From assembly GCA_963818345.1 (NCBI GenBank), contig CAWFRX010000009.1:3130-67129 (forward strand): a stretch of 64,000 nt of DNA, given 5' to 3'. The notes beneath the pieces were generated by a model, which saw nothing but the letters and a program-made list of their open reading frames with translations, was not told the DNA's origin and searched no databases. The DNA comes from an uncultured Acidobacteriota bacterium (lineage in GTDB: Bacteria > Acidobacteriota > Terriglobia > Acidiferrales > UBA7541). The translations under genes were made by a program, and so were the position numbers. Shown here piece by piece: positions 9,242 through 20,454 of this stretch; position 1 is the first letter of the stretch; every line of letters starts with the position of its first letter.

Positions 9242-9577
9242 ATGCCCATTTCAGGTTTACAAGCCACCCCGACGGATGCTCCCGATACCAGCCTGGCAAC
9301 TGCAATCCCAGCCGCTAAATCGAAAGTCGCGGCGTCGTCGGCCGTTCCACAAGACACGGTCACACTATCGTCGCAATGGCAGCCCAGTCCCGCCGGCACA
9401 ATCAATATCGCTCCGCCCGTTTTATTGGAAGTAGAGGAGCTGCTGACCCAGCGCCTGACCGCAAGTCAGATCGCCACAAGCCTTAAGATTCCGCTCGACA
9501 CCGTCGAGATGGATGCGGAAAACGTACAAAGTCCAGCGGCGACCGGTACCACCACGCCGGCGGCAGAATCTTTGTAA
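9242..9577 (+). CDS. Hypothetical Ala/Thr/Pro-rich protein
   Basis: Open frame only. It competes with antisense ORF 9097-9405. No family recognised. Confidence 0.2.
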   Translation: MPISGLQATPTDAPDTSLATAIPAAKSKVAASSAVPQDTVTLSSQWQPSPAGTINIAPPVLLEVEELLTQRLTASQIATSLKIPLDTVEMDAENVQSPAATGTTTPAAESL

Positions 9578-9635
9578 ATGGCGGAACAGGGAACCCTGAC
9601 ATTCTCGAACGATCTGGATGACGACGGGTGGGACC

Positions 9636-10789
9636 CTAGCGCTGGCCGAAGCGCTCGTACTCGGCCATGGTGCGCTCCATCTCTTCGCGCGCCGCGTCGG
9701 CTGCGGAACGAATGCCTTGCATGCGCAGCTTGAAGTCGTCGGGGTTGGACGCCCGGATCAGCGCCTCCTCGTAGGTGATCAGCTCGCGCGTGTAGAGGTC
9801 ATAGAGCGATTGATCGAAGGTCTGCATCCCGTACTGGCTGGTGCCGGCGGAAATCGCGTCGTGGATCAGCCGGGTCTTGTCGGGATTGATGATGCAGTCG
9901 CGGATGTACGCGGTCATGATCATCACTTCGACGGCGGGCACGCGTCCCTTGTCGTCGGACGCGGCGCACCAGGCGCTGGCTGACGACCGCCTTGAGCGTG
10001 GCGGCGAGTTGCAGGCGGATCTGCTTCTGCTCCGGCGGCGGGAAGACGGCAATGATGCGCTGAATCGTTTCGGTCGCGTCGAGGGTGTGCAGCGTGGAAA
10101 GCACCAGGTGGCCGGTCTCGGCGGCCAGCAGGGCAGTGGCGATCGTTTCGAGGTCGCGCATTTCGCCGACCAGAATCACGTTGGGATCCTGGCGCAAGGC
10201 GGCGCGCAGCGCGGTCGAAAAGCTCGCCGTGTCCACTTCCACTTCGCGCTGATTGATGAAGCTGTGCTTATCGCGATGCAGGAATTCGATGGGGTCCTCG
10301 ATGGTGATCACGTGGTCGGAGCGCGTCGAGTTGATGCGGTCCACCATGGCCGCAAGCGTGGTGGATTTGCCCGAGCCGGTCGTTCCCGTCACCAGCACCA
10401 GCCCGCGCTGCTCCTCGCAGATCTTCTCAATCACGCGCGGCAGGTTCAGTTCGTCCGACGGTGCGAATCTTCGTGGGGATGACGCGCAGAACCATGCCGA
10501 CGTTGCCGCGCTGCTGGAACACGTTGACGCGGAAGCGCCCCAGGCCCGCCACGCCGTAGGCCATGTCCAGCTCGGCGGTTTCCTTGAATTTTTGCTTTTG
10601 GCGGTTGGTCATCATGCTGAACGCCATCGAAAGCATCTCTTCAGGCGTGACCCTGGCGACGTCGGTTTGCGGATTCAGCAAGCCGTCCACGCGCAAATAG
10701 GGGTGGTTGCCGACCTTCAGGTGCAGGTCCGAGGCCTTTTGTTCCACAGCGCGGCGCAGCAATTCGTCGATGCTGAGTGCCATCAGCAC
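9636..10789 (-). pseudogene. pilT: Type IV pilus twitching-motility ATPase PilT, 2 frameshifts (near 10455 and near 9990)
   Basis: Joined reading: SIDELLRRAVEQKASDLHLKVGNHPYLRVDG..FRVNVFQQRG..RVIPTKIRTV | DELNLPRVIEKICEEQRGLVLVTGTTGSGKSTTLAAMV..EDPIEF..ILVGEMRDLETI..AAETGHLVLSTLHT | ..TSQYGMQTFDQSLYDLY. The extra G at gtcGgac was seen directly. Confidence 0.85.
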
Positions 10790-10903
10790 ACCATCCTGCT
10801 TTCGAAGGGGCTTCTACCGAACCTAGCATTGGCATCGAGCGGGAACAAGCGAGGCTGGCAGCGGCGTGGTACCCGCCTAGTAACTGCGAGCGGGAGCTGG
10901 AAT

Positions 10904-11630
10904 CTAGCTCTGGGCGGGACGGATGCCGCGGAAAGATAGAGCTGTAGATGACTGCGCCGGCTGCGCCGCCCGCGAGAGGACCGACCCAGTAAACGCCGTG
11001 ATTGGTCCAGTGCCGGGAAGCCAGCGCCGGCCCAAGCACGCGAGCCGGGTTCATCGCCGCCCCGGTGAATGGGCCGCCAAACAGGGCTGCAGCCGTAATG
11101 AGCAGCCCGATGGCCACGCCCGCCACGGCCGGACTCGCGCTCGGACTGTCGTCGGTTCGGCCCTGGGCCGTCGCGAAGAAGGCGAACACCAGGAGCATGG
11201 TCAGCAGGCCCTCGATCAGCATTCCGGGCGCTCGCGTGAGTCCGTTGGTCAGATCCGGCGTTCCCAGCGCTACCGCGCGCCAGGTTTCTTCCGGAACCAT
11301 CGAGCGCAGCAGATAGGCGCGCGACGCAGGCGCCGGCCAATTGCGCGGCGCAGTAGGTCAGCATGTCGAAGAGGTCCAATCTGCGCGTGGCCCAATAGCC
11401 AATGGTCACAGCGGGGTTGAGATGGCCGCCGGAGATGCGGCTGGTCGGCGCTGACGAAGGCTCCGAACGCCGACTCCGTACGCCAGGGCGATGCCGAGCG
11501 GGCCAATGCCGATGCCGGTTGCGTTGGTTGTCTTGAGGAATTGGTCGGCGCAGATCGCGCCCGAGCTGACCAGCACGACGGCGAACGTTCCGAACAGTTC
11601 CGCGGCGAGTTTTTGCGGTCTGCTGTACAT
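10904..11630 (-). pseudogene. MIP/aquaporin family channel, 2-3 frameshifts; 3' end uncertain
   Basis: [21 protein letters not shown].. | [15 protein letters not shown].. | ..LFGGPFTGAAMNPARVLGPAL..GVYWVGPLAGGAAGAVIY. Both NPA boxes are present. Confidence 0.8.
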
Positions 11631-11664
11631 GCACGGGCGGCGGGCCAGCGTGGGCCGAGCGCCG

Positions 11665-12617
11665 CTACGCCACGGACGCGCCGACGGGTGCAGCGACCGG
11701 AGTGAGCCAGTTGTGACGGTCGGTTTGCGCCGCCGACGATGGCGAAGAATTCCTCTTGCAGCTGCTTGGTGATGGGACCGCGCCGGCCCGCGCCGATCTT
11801 GATGCGGTCGATCGAGCGCAGCGGCGTCACTTCGGCAGCCGTGCCGGTGAAGAAGACCTCGTCGGCGATATACAGCATCTCGCGCGGAATCATCTGCTCG
11901 CGCAGCGGGATGTGCAGGTCCTCGCACAGCGCCATGATCGAGCTGCGCGTGATGCCTGGCAGCACGCTCGAAGCCAGCGGCGGCGTGTAAACGATGCCGT
12001 CCTGCACGATGAAGATATTCTCGCCCGAGCCTTCGCTGACGTAGCCGTTGGCGTCGAGCGCGATGCCTTCGGCGTAGCCATTGGCCGCCGCTTCCATGCG
12101 GATGAGCTGCGAGTTCATGTAGTTGGCGCCGGCCTTGGCCATGGCCGGCAGGGTATTCGGAGCCATGCGCGTCCAGGAACTGACGCAGACGTCCACGCCC
12201 TCTTCGAGCGCTTCCGGGCCCAGATAAGCGCCCCACTCCCACGCGGCGATGTAGACCTCGATCGGGCAAGCGATCGGGTTCACGCCCACGTCGCCGTAGC
12301 CGCGCAGCACCAGCGGCCGGATATAGCAGGAGCCCAGGTGATTGGCGCGCACCACTTCATGCGCGGCGGCGCGAAAGCTTCTCGACGTCGAATACGGATT
12401 CTCCATCCGGTAGATGTGGCCGGAATTGATGCAGTCGCCGCATGTGGTCGCGCAGGCGGAAACTGGCCGGACCGTGCGAGGTCTCGTAGCAGCGAATGCC
12501 CTCGAAGACCGACGAGCCATAGCTGACCACGTGGGAGAGCACGTGAATGTTTGCGCATCCTCCCAGCGAATCAGTCTTTCCGTTGTGCCAGATATGCTCG
12601 GTTTTCTTCAGACTCAT
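11665..12617 (-). pseudogene. ilvE: Branched-chain amino acid aminotransferase, about 4 frameshifts
   Basis: Joined reading: [50 protein letters not shown] | [87 protein letters not shown]. The end [18 protein letters not shown] was found by manual shift. Confidence 0.85.
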
Positions 12618-12705
12618 CGGGCTCTCTCCGAGCCAAAATTATAACATATCGGCACCGAGCAGCTCTATCTTCGGGGCTTGCTCTCGTCCAGGGAGGGCGC
12701 GCGAT

Positions 12706-13590
12706 TCAGCGCGGGAGGTCGGTGCGCGAAGGCTGCGCGATCGATAGGTAATCCTGCGCGCGCCTCGGCGCGCAGTTGGCCGTTCGTGCTTTCCCAGACC
12801 CCAGCAGCAGGAAGGGAATCACGGCGGAAGCGGCCCAGAGTTTCGCACTGCGCGGCACCTTGGCTTCCGGTTCCCAGCGGAACAGCTGCTGGCTGATGAC
12901 GAACGCGATGGCGGCGGATAGCGCCAGGGCGCCGCAGTTCCGGGAGCGATCTGTAGCACGCTGACTTGGCCCACCATCACGCGTTCGAGGCCGGTGACCA
13001 GGTAGGTGGCCGGCTGAAACGCCGCCAGACGTTTGCAGCCATCCGGGCAGCATGGGCAGCGGCAAGAGTGGCGCCGGAAAGGCCCAGGAATCCCCACCAG
13101 AGCATCTGATTGATGATCTGCGTCTCCTGCATGGTATTGGTGACGCTGGCGACAATCAGTCCCAGCGCGGCGAACGTAATCGTGCCTAGCGTGACCAGCA
13201 AGATGATGCCGGTTATGTTTCCCCAGCTTCGCAGATGGAACAGTCTCGCGCGCGATCGCGAACTCGATGATGACGGTCGGCAGGGTCATGAGGTAGTTCG
13301 ACAGAATGCTCGAGGCCAGCATCGCGCCCGCGCTGACCGGCGCGATGCGGAACCGCCGCAGGATGCCTTGTTCGCGGAAGGTCACCAGCTGCACGCTCAA
13401 TCCCCAAAAACTGCCCATCACGGTGAGCGACAGCACGGACGCCAGCAGGTACGGCACGGCGTGCCGCGCTGCCGCGTCCCGCAAACAGCCCAAGTAAAGG
13501 AACAGGAGTGCCAGCGGGAAGAATGAGGCTGAAGAAGATAAAGGCGCGGTTACGCAGCGCCAGGCGCATGCGGACTTCGTCAGCGTCCAT
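12706..13590 (-). pseudogene. ABC-2 type transporter permease, about 3 frameshifts
   Basis: Multi-TM fragments in three frames: MDADEVRMRLALRNRAFIFFSLILP | LALLFLYLG..GILRRFRIAPVSAGAMLASSILSNYLMTLP | MLVTLGTITFAALGLIVASVTNTMQETQIINQMLWW. It lies directly downstream of an ABC ATPase. Confidence 0.65.
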
Positions 13591-13597
13591 GCGTGTT

Positions 13598-14520
13598 TCA
13601 ATCGCGCAGCCTCCTGCCGGTCAACTCCAGGAAGACGTCCTCGAGCGTCGGAGCGGCAATCTCCAGGCTGGCCAGTTCATTGCCTTGGGCTTCGAGGTGC
13701 TTCACCAGCGAAACGATCGTCTGCGGCACGCGCGTCGAATGCAGAATGTAAACGCCGTCGGAGGAAAGGCAGTCGGCCACGCCCTCGAGCTTCCCCAGCG
13801 CGCCGTCCGGTTCGGGCCGCGCCAGGCGCAACTCGATGCGCGGTTGTCCCGCCGAGCCCTGCTTGAGCTCGCGCGGCGTCCCTTGGGCGATCACCCGGCC
13901 CTGATCCACGATCGCCACCCGGTCGCACAGCCGTTCGGCTTCCTCGATGTAGTGGGTGGTGAGCAGGATCGTTTTGCGCTCTTTCTTGAGCTCCTCCACG
14001 ATGTCGTAGATCTCGCGGCGCACCTGCGGGTCCAGTCCGGCGGTCGGCTCATCGAGAAAAATGACGCTCGGATCGTTCACCAGGGACATCGCCAGGGCCA
14101 GCCGCTGCTTTTGTCCGCCGGAGAGTTGGGAGTAGAAGGCGCGGCGCTTTTCTTCCAGCCCGAAACGCTTGAGCAGCCCGCCGGTGTCCCTGCGGTGGTC
14201 GTAGAAGCTGGCGAACAGTCGCCAGCGCTTCCTCGACGCGAATTTTGTCGGGCAGCGCCGTGGATTGCAGTACGGCTCCGATCTTTTGTTTGAAGGCGTC
14301 GCCGCTGGTTTGCGGGTCCAGGCCGCAGACGCTGCACGCGGCCGCCGTCGGCGGGTCGCAGTCCTTCGAGGATCTCGACCGTGGAGGTCTTTCCGGCGCC
14401 GTTCGGTCCGAGAAGGCCGAACACCTCGCCCTCCTGCACGGCGAAACTCACGCCGCGCAAAGCCTGTACGTCACCGTAGCGCTTGGTCAGGTTCTCTACT
14501 TCGATGATGGCAGAGGTCAC
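13598..14520 (-). pseudogene. ABC transporter ATP-binding protein, 2-3 frameshifts
   Basis: Walker [14 protein letters not shown] in ORF 14077-14520. Walker B and D-loop VIFLDEPTAGLDP plus the C-terminal domain are in ORF 13598-14089. The signature region lies in the shifted middle part. Confidence 0.8.
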
Positions 14521-14963
14521 GGTAAACCAACATCATATAGCACATTCGGAAGCGGCGGCGAACGGAGTGCAGGGTCGGTGCAAGGGTCGGCGCCGGAGTC
14601 TGCGCAAATCGTTGCGAACGGCCACGCTCTAGGCGGGTGTCCCGGTTGCGGCGCTTTCGCGCCTTGGGCGGAGTGCCATTCTCGCCCTTCGAGTTCGAGG
14701 CGCTGCCCGCGAAACTCGATCCCTTCGCTTTCGAGTAAACGGCGCTGCAGCGATCCCTCGCGGCTCGCCCAGCAAAATGCGTCCGCCGGCGCCGACCACG
14801 CGATGCCAGGGAATACCCTGGCCCTGGGGACAAGCGGCCATGGCGTAGCCTGCCGCGCGTGCGCCGCCCGCGCAATTTTGTGGCGCGAGCGAGCTGACCA
14901 TAAGATGATCACGCGCCCCTTGGGGACACGTCTCACCAGACGGTAGACCGGCTTCCACGTCAA
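14517..14963 (-). pseudogene. MGMT-family, alkyltransferase-like (ATL) protein with PWHR instead of PCHR; about 2 frameshifts
   Basis: Joined reading: VYRLVRRVPKGRVI | ..PQNCAGGARAAGYAMAACPQGQGIPWHRVVGAGGRILLG | SLQRRLLESEGIEF. The motif codons sit near 14800-14813. Both the start and the 3' end are uncertain. Confidence 0.55.
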
Positions 14964-15314
14964 GGATGTTCGCTCTTGAGCACGGGTACTAGTCCTGCTA
15001 TGGGCGGCTCCGGGTTTGCCGTATTTCCGCCGCACGCAAGTGAGTTCCTCGTTTCACGCATCTAATATATAGGATGTAAATGCCCTTTAATCGACAGGGA
15101 GCTGTGACGGCGCGCGGTGACGCGTACGGCAGGCGCGATCGCCCCGCCGAGTGGGTGCCGCGAACCAGACAGTAACCGATACGAGGCAAACAAAAAAGAG
15201 AAGCGTGCATCTCAACTCATTGTAGTGGAAAATAGATACACTACAGCCGATGAGACAGTTAGAGACGAGAGAGATAGAGAGCAGACGGGACGGAAGGGAC
15301 TGAGGCACAAGAGC

Positions 15315-15750
15315 ATGGCTTTTCTACGCCGCAAAGGACGGTGCCTATTACCTGGTGCACAACGTGCGCCGGGCCGGCAAGGTCAAGCAACTCCACCTTG
15401 CCCGGCTGGGGGAGCGCCCGAGGATTACCGACGACGTGGTTCGTCAGGTGTCCCGCGCGTATCCCTTCGTGGACGTCAATTGGACGGCGCTTCGCGAACA
15501 GGTCAACGATCAGGTCGAACTGTTCGACCCGAAGTCCGCCTACGTCCGCAAACTGCTGGCCACTCTTCGCAGTTTGAATTTGGATTTGGCCGATCTTTTT
15601 CCGCCGCTGCTGGATGTGTCCGAGGCGCCTGCTACCGGTCATGAACTGGTGACGCAGTTGCGCCTTTTGCACTCCACGGTCGGCGTGAAACTCGACCAGT
15701 TCGACCGGGCTCCGCGCCGAGGTGTTTTCGCTGAGCGGAATATCCGGTAG
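15315..15750 (+). pseudogene. Hypothetical protein, first gene of a two-gene module with the AAA+ ATPase; frameshift in the A-run near 15334
   Basis: MAFLRR | KDGAYYLVHNVRRAGKVKQLHLARLGERPRITDDVV...DQFDRAPRRGVFAERNIR*. The stop is 9 nt before the next start. Confidence 0.45.
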
Positions 15751-15759
15751 GGGAGAACC

Positions 15760-16982
15760 ATGCGTGCCAGCCAGCCGCGTCAACATCTCGATCCCACGCT
15801 TCGCAGCCTCGAGTCTCAGGAGTTCGACGCCGCGCTGCGGCAAAAGATCGTCGGGCAGGAAGAGGCCGTCCGCGCCCTAGTGGACCTGTATCAGGTCTTC
15901 TGCGCGGAGATGTGCCCGGCCGGCCGCCCCATTGGCAACCTGCTGTTCCTCGGGCCGACAGGTTCGGGCAAAACGCGCATCGTCGAGGCTGCGGCCGAGA
16001 TTCTTTTCGGGGACCCTCGCGCGGTCATCAAGGTGGACTGCGCCGAGTTCCAGCACTCGCACGAAATCGCCAAGCTGATCGGCTCGCCTCCAGGCTATTT
16101 GGGCCACCGCGAGACCCATCCGCTGATCACCCAGGAGGAGCTCGCCAAGTATCACACGGACAAGATCAAGCTGAGCTTCCTGCTGTTCGACGAGATCGAA
16201 AAGGCTTCCGACGCCCTGTGGCAATTGCTGCTGGGCATGCTGGACAAGGCTACGTTGACACTTGGCGACAACCGCCGCGTGGATCTTTCGCAGACCGATG
16301 ATTTTCCTGACGTCGAATCTGGGCGGCGGCGAGATCACGCGAAATGATGACGGGCGGCATGGGGTTTGTGCAGCCTGGGAACAAACCGGCCGAAGCATTC
16401 TGGATGGCAAGGTCGAGCGTACCGCGCAGGAAGCGGCGCGCCGGAAGTTCTCGCCCGAATTCATGAACCGGCTGGACAAGGTGGTCGTATTTCATCCGCT
16501 GCGGCACGTGCAGCTCGAACAGATCCTGGACATCGAGCTGGGCATGGTGCAGCGGCGCGTGCTGGACACCGCGCGCGGGCAGTTCCTGTTCCGCGTGACC
16601 CCTGCCGCGCGGGCCTTCCTGCTGCGGGAAGGCACCGACCTCAAGTATGGCGCGCGACACTTGAAGCGGGCCATCGAGCGAAATGTGGTTTATCCGCTCG
16701 CGAACCTGTTGGCCACCGAACAAGTGCGGCTGGGCGACATCCTGTGCATCGACTGGGATGAAGAGTCCGAGAGGCTGGTGTTCGAGAAGGAAGGCGAAGG
16801 CGCCGTACTTCCGGTTGCTGGCTACAGCGGCAGCCGCGGCGAATTCCGTTGCGGCGGGTGCGACTGGCGGGAAACTGGTCGAACATCCGTCCAGAATGAC
16901 CGCTCGGGAAATTCAGGCTCCGTCGTTGCCGCCCAGCGCGTCGCTTCCGGTGCCCGCGGCTCGCCGGAGAAACGACACCTAG
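15760..16982 (+). pseudogene. Stand-alone AAA+ ATPase of the ClpA/ClpB D2 type, with no N-domain or D1; at least 3 frameshifts
   Basis: KIVGQEEAV, Walker A LFLGPTGSGKT, Walker B LLFDEIEKA, then TLGDNRRVDLSQT | IFLTSNLGG..(MTGGMGF in a third frame)..RRKFSPEFMNRLDKVVVFHPL, and D2-small-like DLKYGARHLKRAIERNVVYPLANLL. The end at 16982 is chosen because a strong terminator follows. Confidence 0.7.
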
Positions 16983-17008
16983 CTCTCGCGCAGCACGCAG
17001 CTTTCTTT

Positions 17009-17052
17009 GGGCGTTCGTCAAGCCGAATCTGGCCAGCGAACGCCCTTTTTTT
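17009..17052 (+). terminator. Rho-independent terminator after the AAA+ gene
   Basis: gggcgttcg (17009-17017) pairs with cgaacgccc (17037-17045), followed by TTTTTTT (17046-17052). Confidence 0.7.
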
Positions 17053-17115
17053 AGCTGCGCCGTTCAATGATCCACCGGCGCCAGCCCTGCTAACCACAGG
17101 ACTAACCCTGGCGAC

Positions 17116-18640
17116 TCAATCCGCTGCTTTGGGGGAACTCTTCGGCTTCCAGCGCAGCACCGGCCTGCGGGCCGCGCCCACTTCATCAAGCCGGCCAACC
17201 CGCGTCGAATGCGGCGCCGTCTTCACCAGTTCCGGCTCGCTGGCGGCTTCCTCCGCGATGGAGCGCATGGCGTCGATGAACAGGTCGCACTCCTCTTTCG
17301 ATTCCGATTCGGTCGGCTCGATCATCAGCGCTCCGGGAACGATCAAGGGAAACGCCGTGGTGTAGGGATGGAAGCCGTAGTCGATCAGGCGCTTGGCGAT
17401 ATCCATCGTGTTCACGCCGAATTTCTTCTGCCGCGCGTCGCTGAAGACCACCTCGTGCATCGAAGGCGAACTGTAGGGAAGCTCGTAGACGTCTTCCAGT
17501 TGCTTGCGAATGTAGTTGGCGTTGACCACCGCATCTTCGGTGGCCTGGCGAATGCCCGCGCCGTAAGCCATCGTATAGGCCAGCGCGCGCACCAGCACTC
17601 CGAAATTGCCCCCGAACGCTCGCACGCGGCCGATCGAACTGCGGCCGGTTCGCGTCCAGGACCAGCCGGCCATCTCTTTCGACCAGCACAGGAATCGGCA
17701 AGGAACGGCTCCAGCGCTTGTTTCACCAGCACCGGTCCGGCGCCCGGCCCTCCGCCGCCGTGCGGCGTCGAGAAGGTCTTGTGCAGGTTCAGGTGCATCA
17801 CGTCGACGCCGAAATCGCCCGGCCGCGCCACGCCAGCCAGCGCATTCATGTTGGCGCCGTCCATATAGAGCAGGGCGCCGCGCGCGTGAAGCAGTTCGGC
17901 CGCCTCGGCGATGCGCGGCTCGAAGGTTCCGAGCGTGGAGGGATTGGTGACCATCAGCGCGGCCACGTCGTCGGTGACCAGGTCTTTGAGCCGCTCGATG
18001 TCCAGTTGCCCGCGCGCGTCCGAGCGAATGTTTTCGACCTCGTAGCCGGCGATCACCGCGGTGGCGGGATTGGTCCCGTGCGCGGAATCGGGGATCAGCA
18101 CTTTTTTGCGCGGGTTGCCGCGGCTGGTGAGCAGCGCGCGAATCAGCAGCAGGCCGGTGAGTTCGCCTTGCGCTCCCGCCGCGGGTTGCAGCGTGGCGGC
18201 GTCCATGCCGGTGATTTCGAGCAGGCAGCGGCTGCAGTGTCGCGCAGGATTTTCAGGCAGCCCTGCGACAATTCCTGCGGCTGATAGGGATGTTCGGTGG
18301 CGATGCCGTCGAGCCGGGCGATGAATTCATTGACGCGCGGGTTGTACTTCATCGTGCAGGAGCCCAGCGGATACATGCCCAGATCGATGGCGTAGTTCCA
18401 GGTGGAAAGCCGCGTAAAGTGGCGGATGACCTCGATCTCGCTGACCTCCGGAAGGCCTTCGACGCCGTCGCGCACATAGTCCGCGCCCAGCAGGGCGCGC
18501 GCATCCACGGCCGGCACGTCCAGCGGCGGCAACTCCATGCCGCGCTTGCCCGGAGCCGATTTCTCGAAGATCAGGCCTTCGTTCTGGCTGACGTGTCGCC
18601 CGGCTTTTTTGATTCGATCGGTCAACTCCGGCTCCTTCAC
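17116..18640 (-). pseudogene. gcvPB: Glycine dehydrogenase (decarboxylating) subunit 2, about 3 frameshifts
   Basis: Joined reading: LIFEKSAPGKRGMELPPLDVP..LPEVSEIEVIRHFTRLS..YPLGSCTMKYNP | ..[37 protein letters not shown] | ..FHPYTTAFPLIVPGALMIEPTESE. Confidence 0.9.
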
Positions 18641-19984
18641 AGCGGCTGGGAAAGAATGCGGCCGATGGCCGCCGCCAGCCGTTCAATCTCCGCGCGCGGG
18701 GTCGTCTCGGTGACGCAGACCAGCCCGCACTTGGTCAGTTCCGGATAGAACTGGCCCAGCGGCAGCGGGCCGATGATCTTTTCGCGGAGCAGTTGCGCGT
18801 TCACCAGGCGCACCGAGCGCGGCAGTCGAATCACGAATTCGTTGAACACCGGGCCGGTCAGCGCGCGCTTCACGCCGGGAATCTTTTCCAGTTCGGCGAG
18901 CGCGAATTGCGCCTTGGCGAGGTTCTGCTCGGCCATTTCGCGCAGGCCTTGCTTGCCCAGCAGGCAGAGGTGAACCGTGGCGGCCAGTGCGCAGAGCGCC
19001 TGGTTGGTGCAGATGTTCGACGTCGCTCTCTCGCGGCGGATGTGTTGCTCGCGCGTCGCCAGGGTCAGGCAGAAGCCGCGCCGCCCTTGCGCGTCCGTGG
19101 TCTGCCCGGCCAGCCGGCCCGGCATCTGCCGAACGTACTTTTCACGCGTAGCGATCACGCCCGCGTAGGGCCCGCCGTAGCTCGGCGCCAAGCCGAAACT
19201 TTGCGCTTCGAGCGCGACGATATCCGCTTCGGCAGGCGGCCGCACGATGCCCAGGGAGACGCCTTCCGCAATCGCTACCACCGCGAGAGCTTCCGCTTCG
19301 TGCGCGATCTCCGCGATACGCGCTACCGGCTCGATCACGCCAAGAAAATTCGGCGACTGCACCACGACCGCAGCGGTCTGAGCATTGGTTTCGGCGGCCA
19401 GCGCGGTCGCGTCGATTTGGCCGGATGCGGTGAATCCGATTTCGCGAATCTCCAGTCCCACGTTGCGCGCGTACGTCGCCAGCACCGCCCGATACTCGGG
19501 ATGCAGCGAGCGCGCCACCAACACGCGCTGGCGGCCCGTCAGCCGCTCGGCCATCAGCACGGCTTCGGTCGTGGCCGTCGAGCCGTCCCACATCGAGGCG
19601 TTGGCCACCTCCTGCCCGGTCAGCTCGCACATCAGCGTTTGAAACTCGAAGATCGCCTGCAGCGTGCCCTGGCTGATCTCGGCCTGATAGGGCGTGTAGG
19701 AGGTCAGGAATTCGCCGCGCTGAATGATGGTGTCGGTGACCACCGATCGCAGATGGTTGTAGACACCCGCGCCCAGAAAACTCGTGTAGCCCTGCGAGTT
19801 TTCCGCTGCCCGATCGCGGAAATACTGGATCAGCTCAGCCTCGGAAAGCGGCCCGGGCAGGTCCAGCGGGCGTTGCAGCCGGAACTGCCTCGGGGATCGA
19901 GCGGAACAGTTCCTCGCCCGAGCGCACCCCGATCGCATCGAGCATCTCCTGGCGCTCGGATGGACTCTTCGGCAGATAGCGCAT
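18637..19984 (-). pseudogene. gcvPA: Glycine dehydrogenase (decarboxylating) subunit 1, one frameshift near 19870
   Basis: [32 protein letters not shown] | [73 protein letters not shown]. Confidence 0.9.
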
Positions 19985-20384
19985 CAGGCCGAGTGCTTCC
20001 TTTTCTTTCTCGGTGACGTAGGCTTGGTATGCGCTGGAATCCATCAAGCTGGCGATTTCCGATGCGTCGGCGTTTTTCAGCTTGATGAGCCAGGCTTGGC
20101 CGTGCGGGTCCGTGTTGATGAGTTCGGGCGCGGCCGCCGAGCGACGCGTTGATTTCGCTTACTTCGCCGGAAACCGGCGCATAGATTTCGCTCACTGCTT
20201 TCACCGACTCCACGGTGCCGAACGATTTTCCGGCCGTCAATTTCGCGCCGACTTTCGGCAGTTCCACATACACGACGTCGCCGAGTTCGTGTTGCGCGTA
20301 ATCGGTGATGCCGACGGTGGCCGTGCCGTCCTGCAGCCGGACCCATTCGTGATCTTTCGTATAGCGATAGTCGTTGGGATACAT
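19984..20384 (-). pseudogene. gcvH: Glycine cleavage system protein H, 1-2 frameshifts; 3' end uncertain
   Basis: [79 protein letters not shown], including the lipoyl-Lys motif ESVKA. The tail ..[10 protein letters not shown] is in another frame. Confidence 0.85.
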
Positions 20385-20454
20385 TTGCGCTCCGTTTAAT
20401 AGCCAGTCGCGGTCACGATCTCGTCTTTGCCACTCGCAGTGATATCGGATCCGG

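Noticed and set aside
10641-10904. Extension of the aquaporin frame for about 90 more codons into pilT (ORF 10641-11300 tail)
   Set aside because: The tail is Ser/Arg/Ala-rich and overlaps the well-supported pilT N-terminus on the same strand. It is most likely read-through caused by an indel near the true stop.
15140-15175. Possible tRNA 3' fragment or att site ('ctggttcgcggcaccca' on the minus strand)
   Set aside because: The T-loop consensus GGTTCGAnnCC is not met, and no acceptor or anticodon arms can be drawn. No integrase lies nearby.
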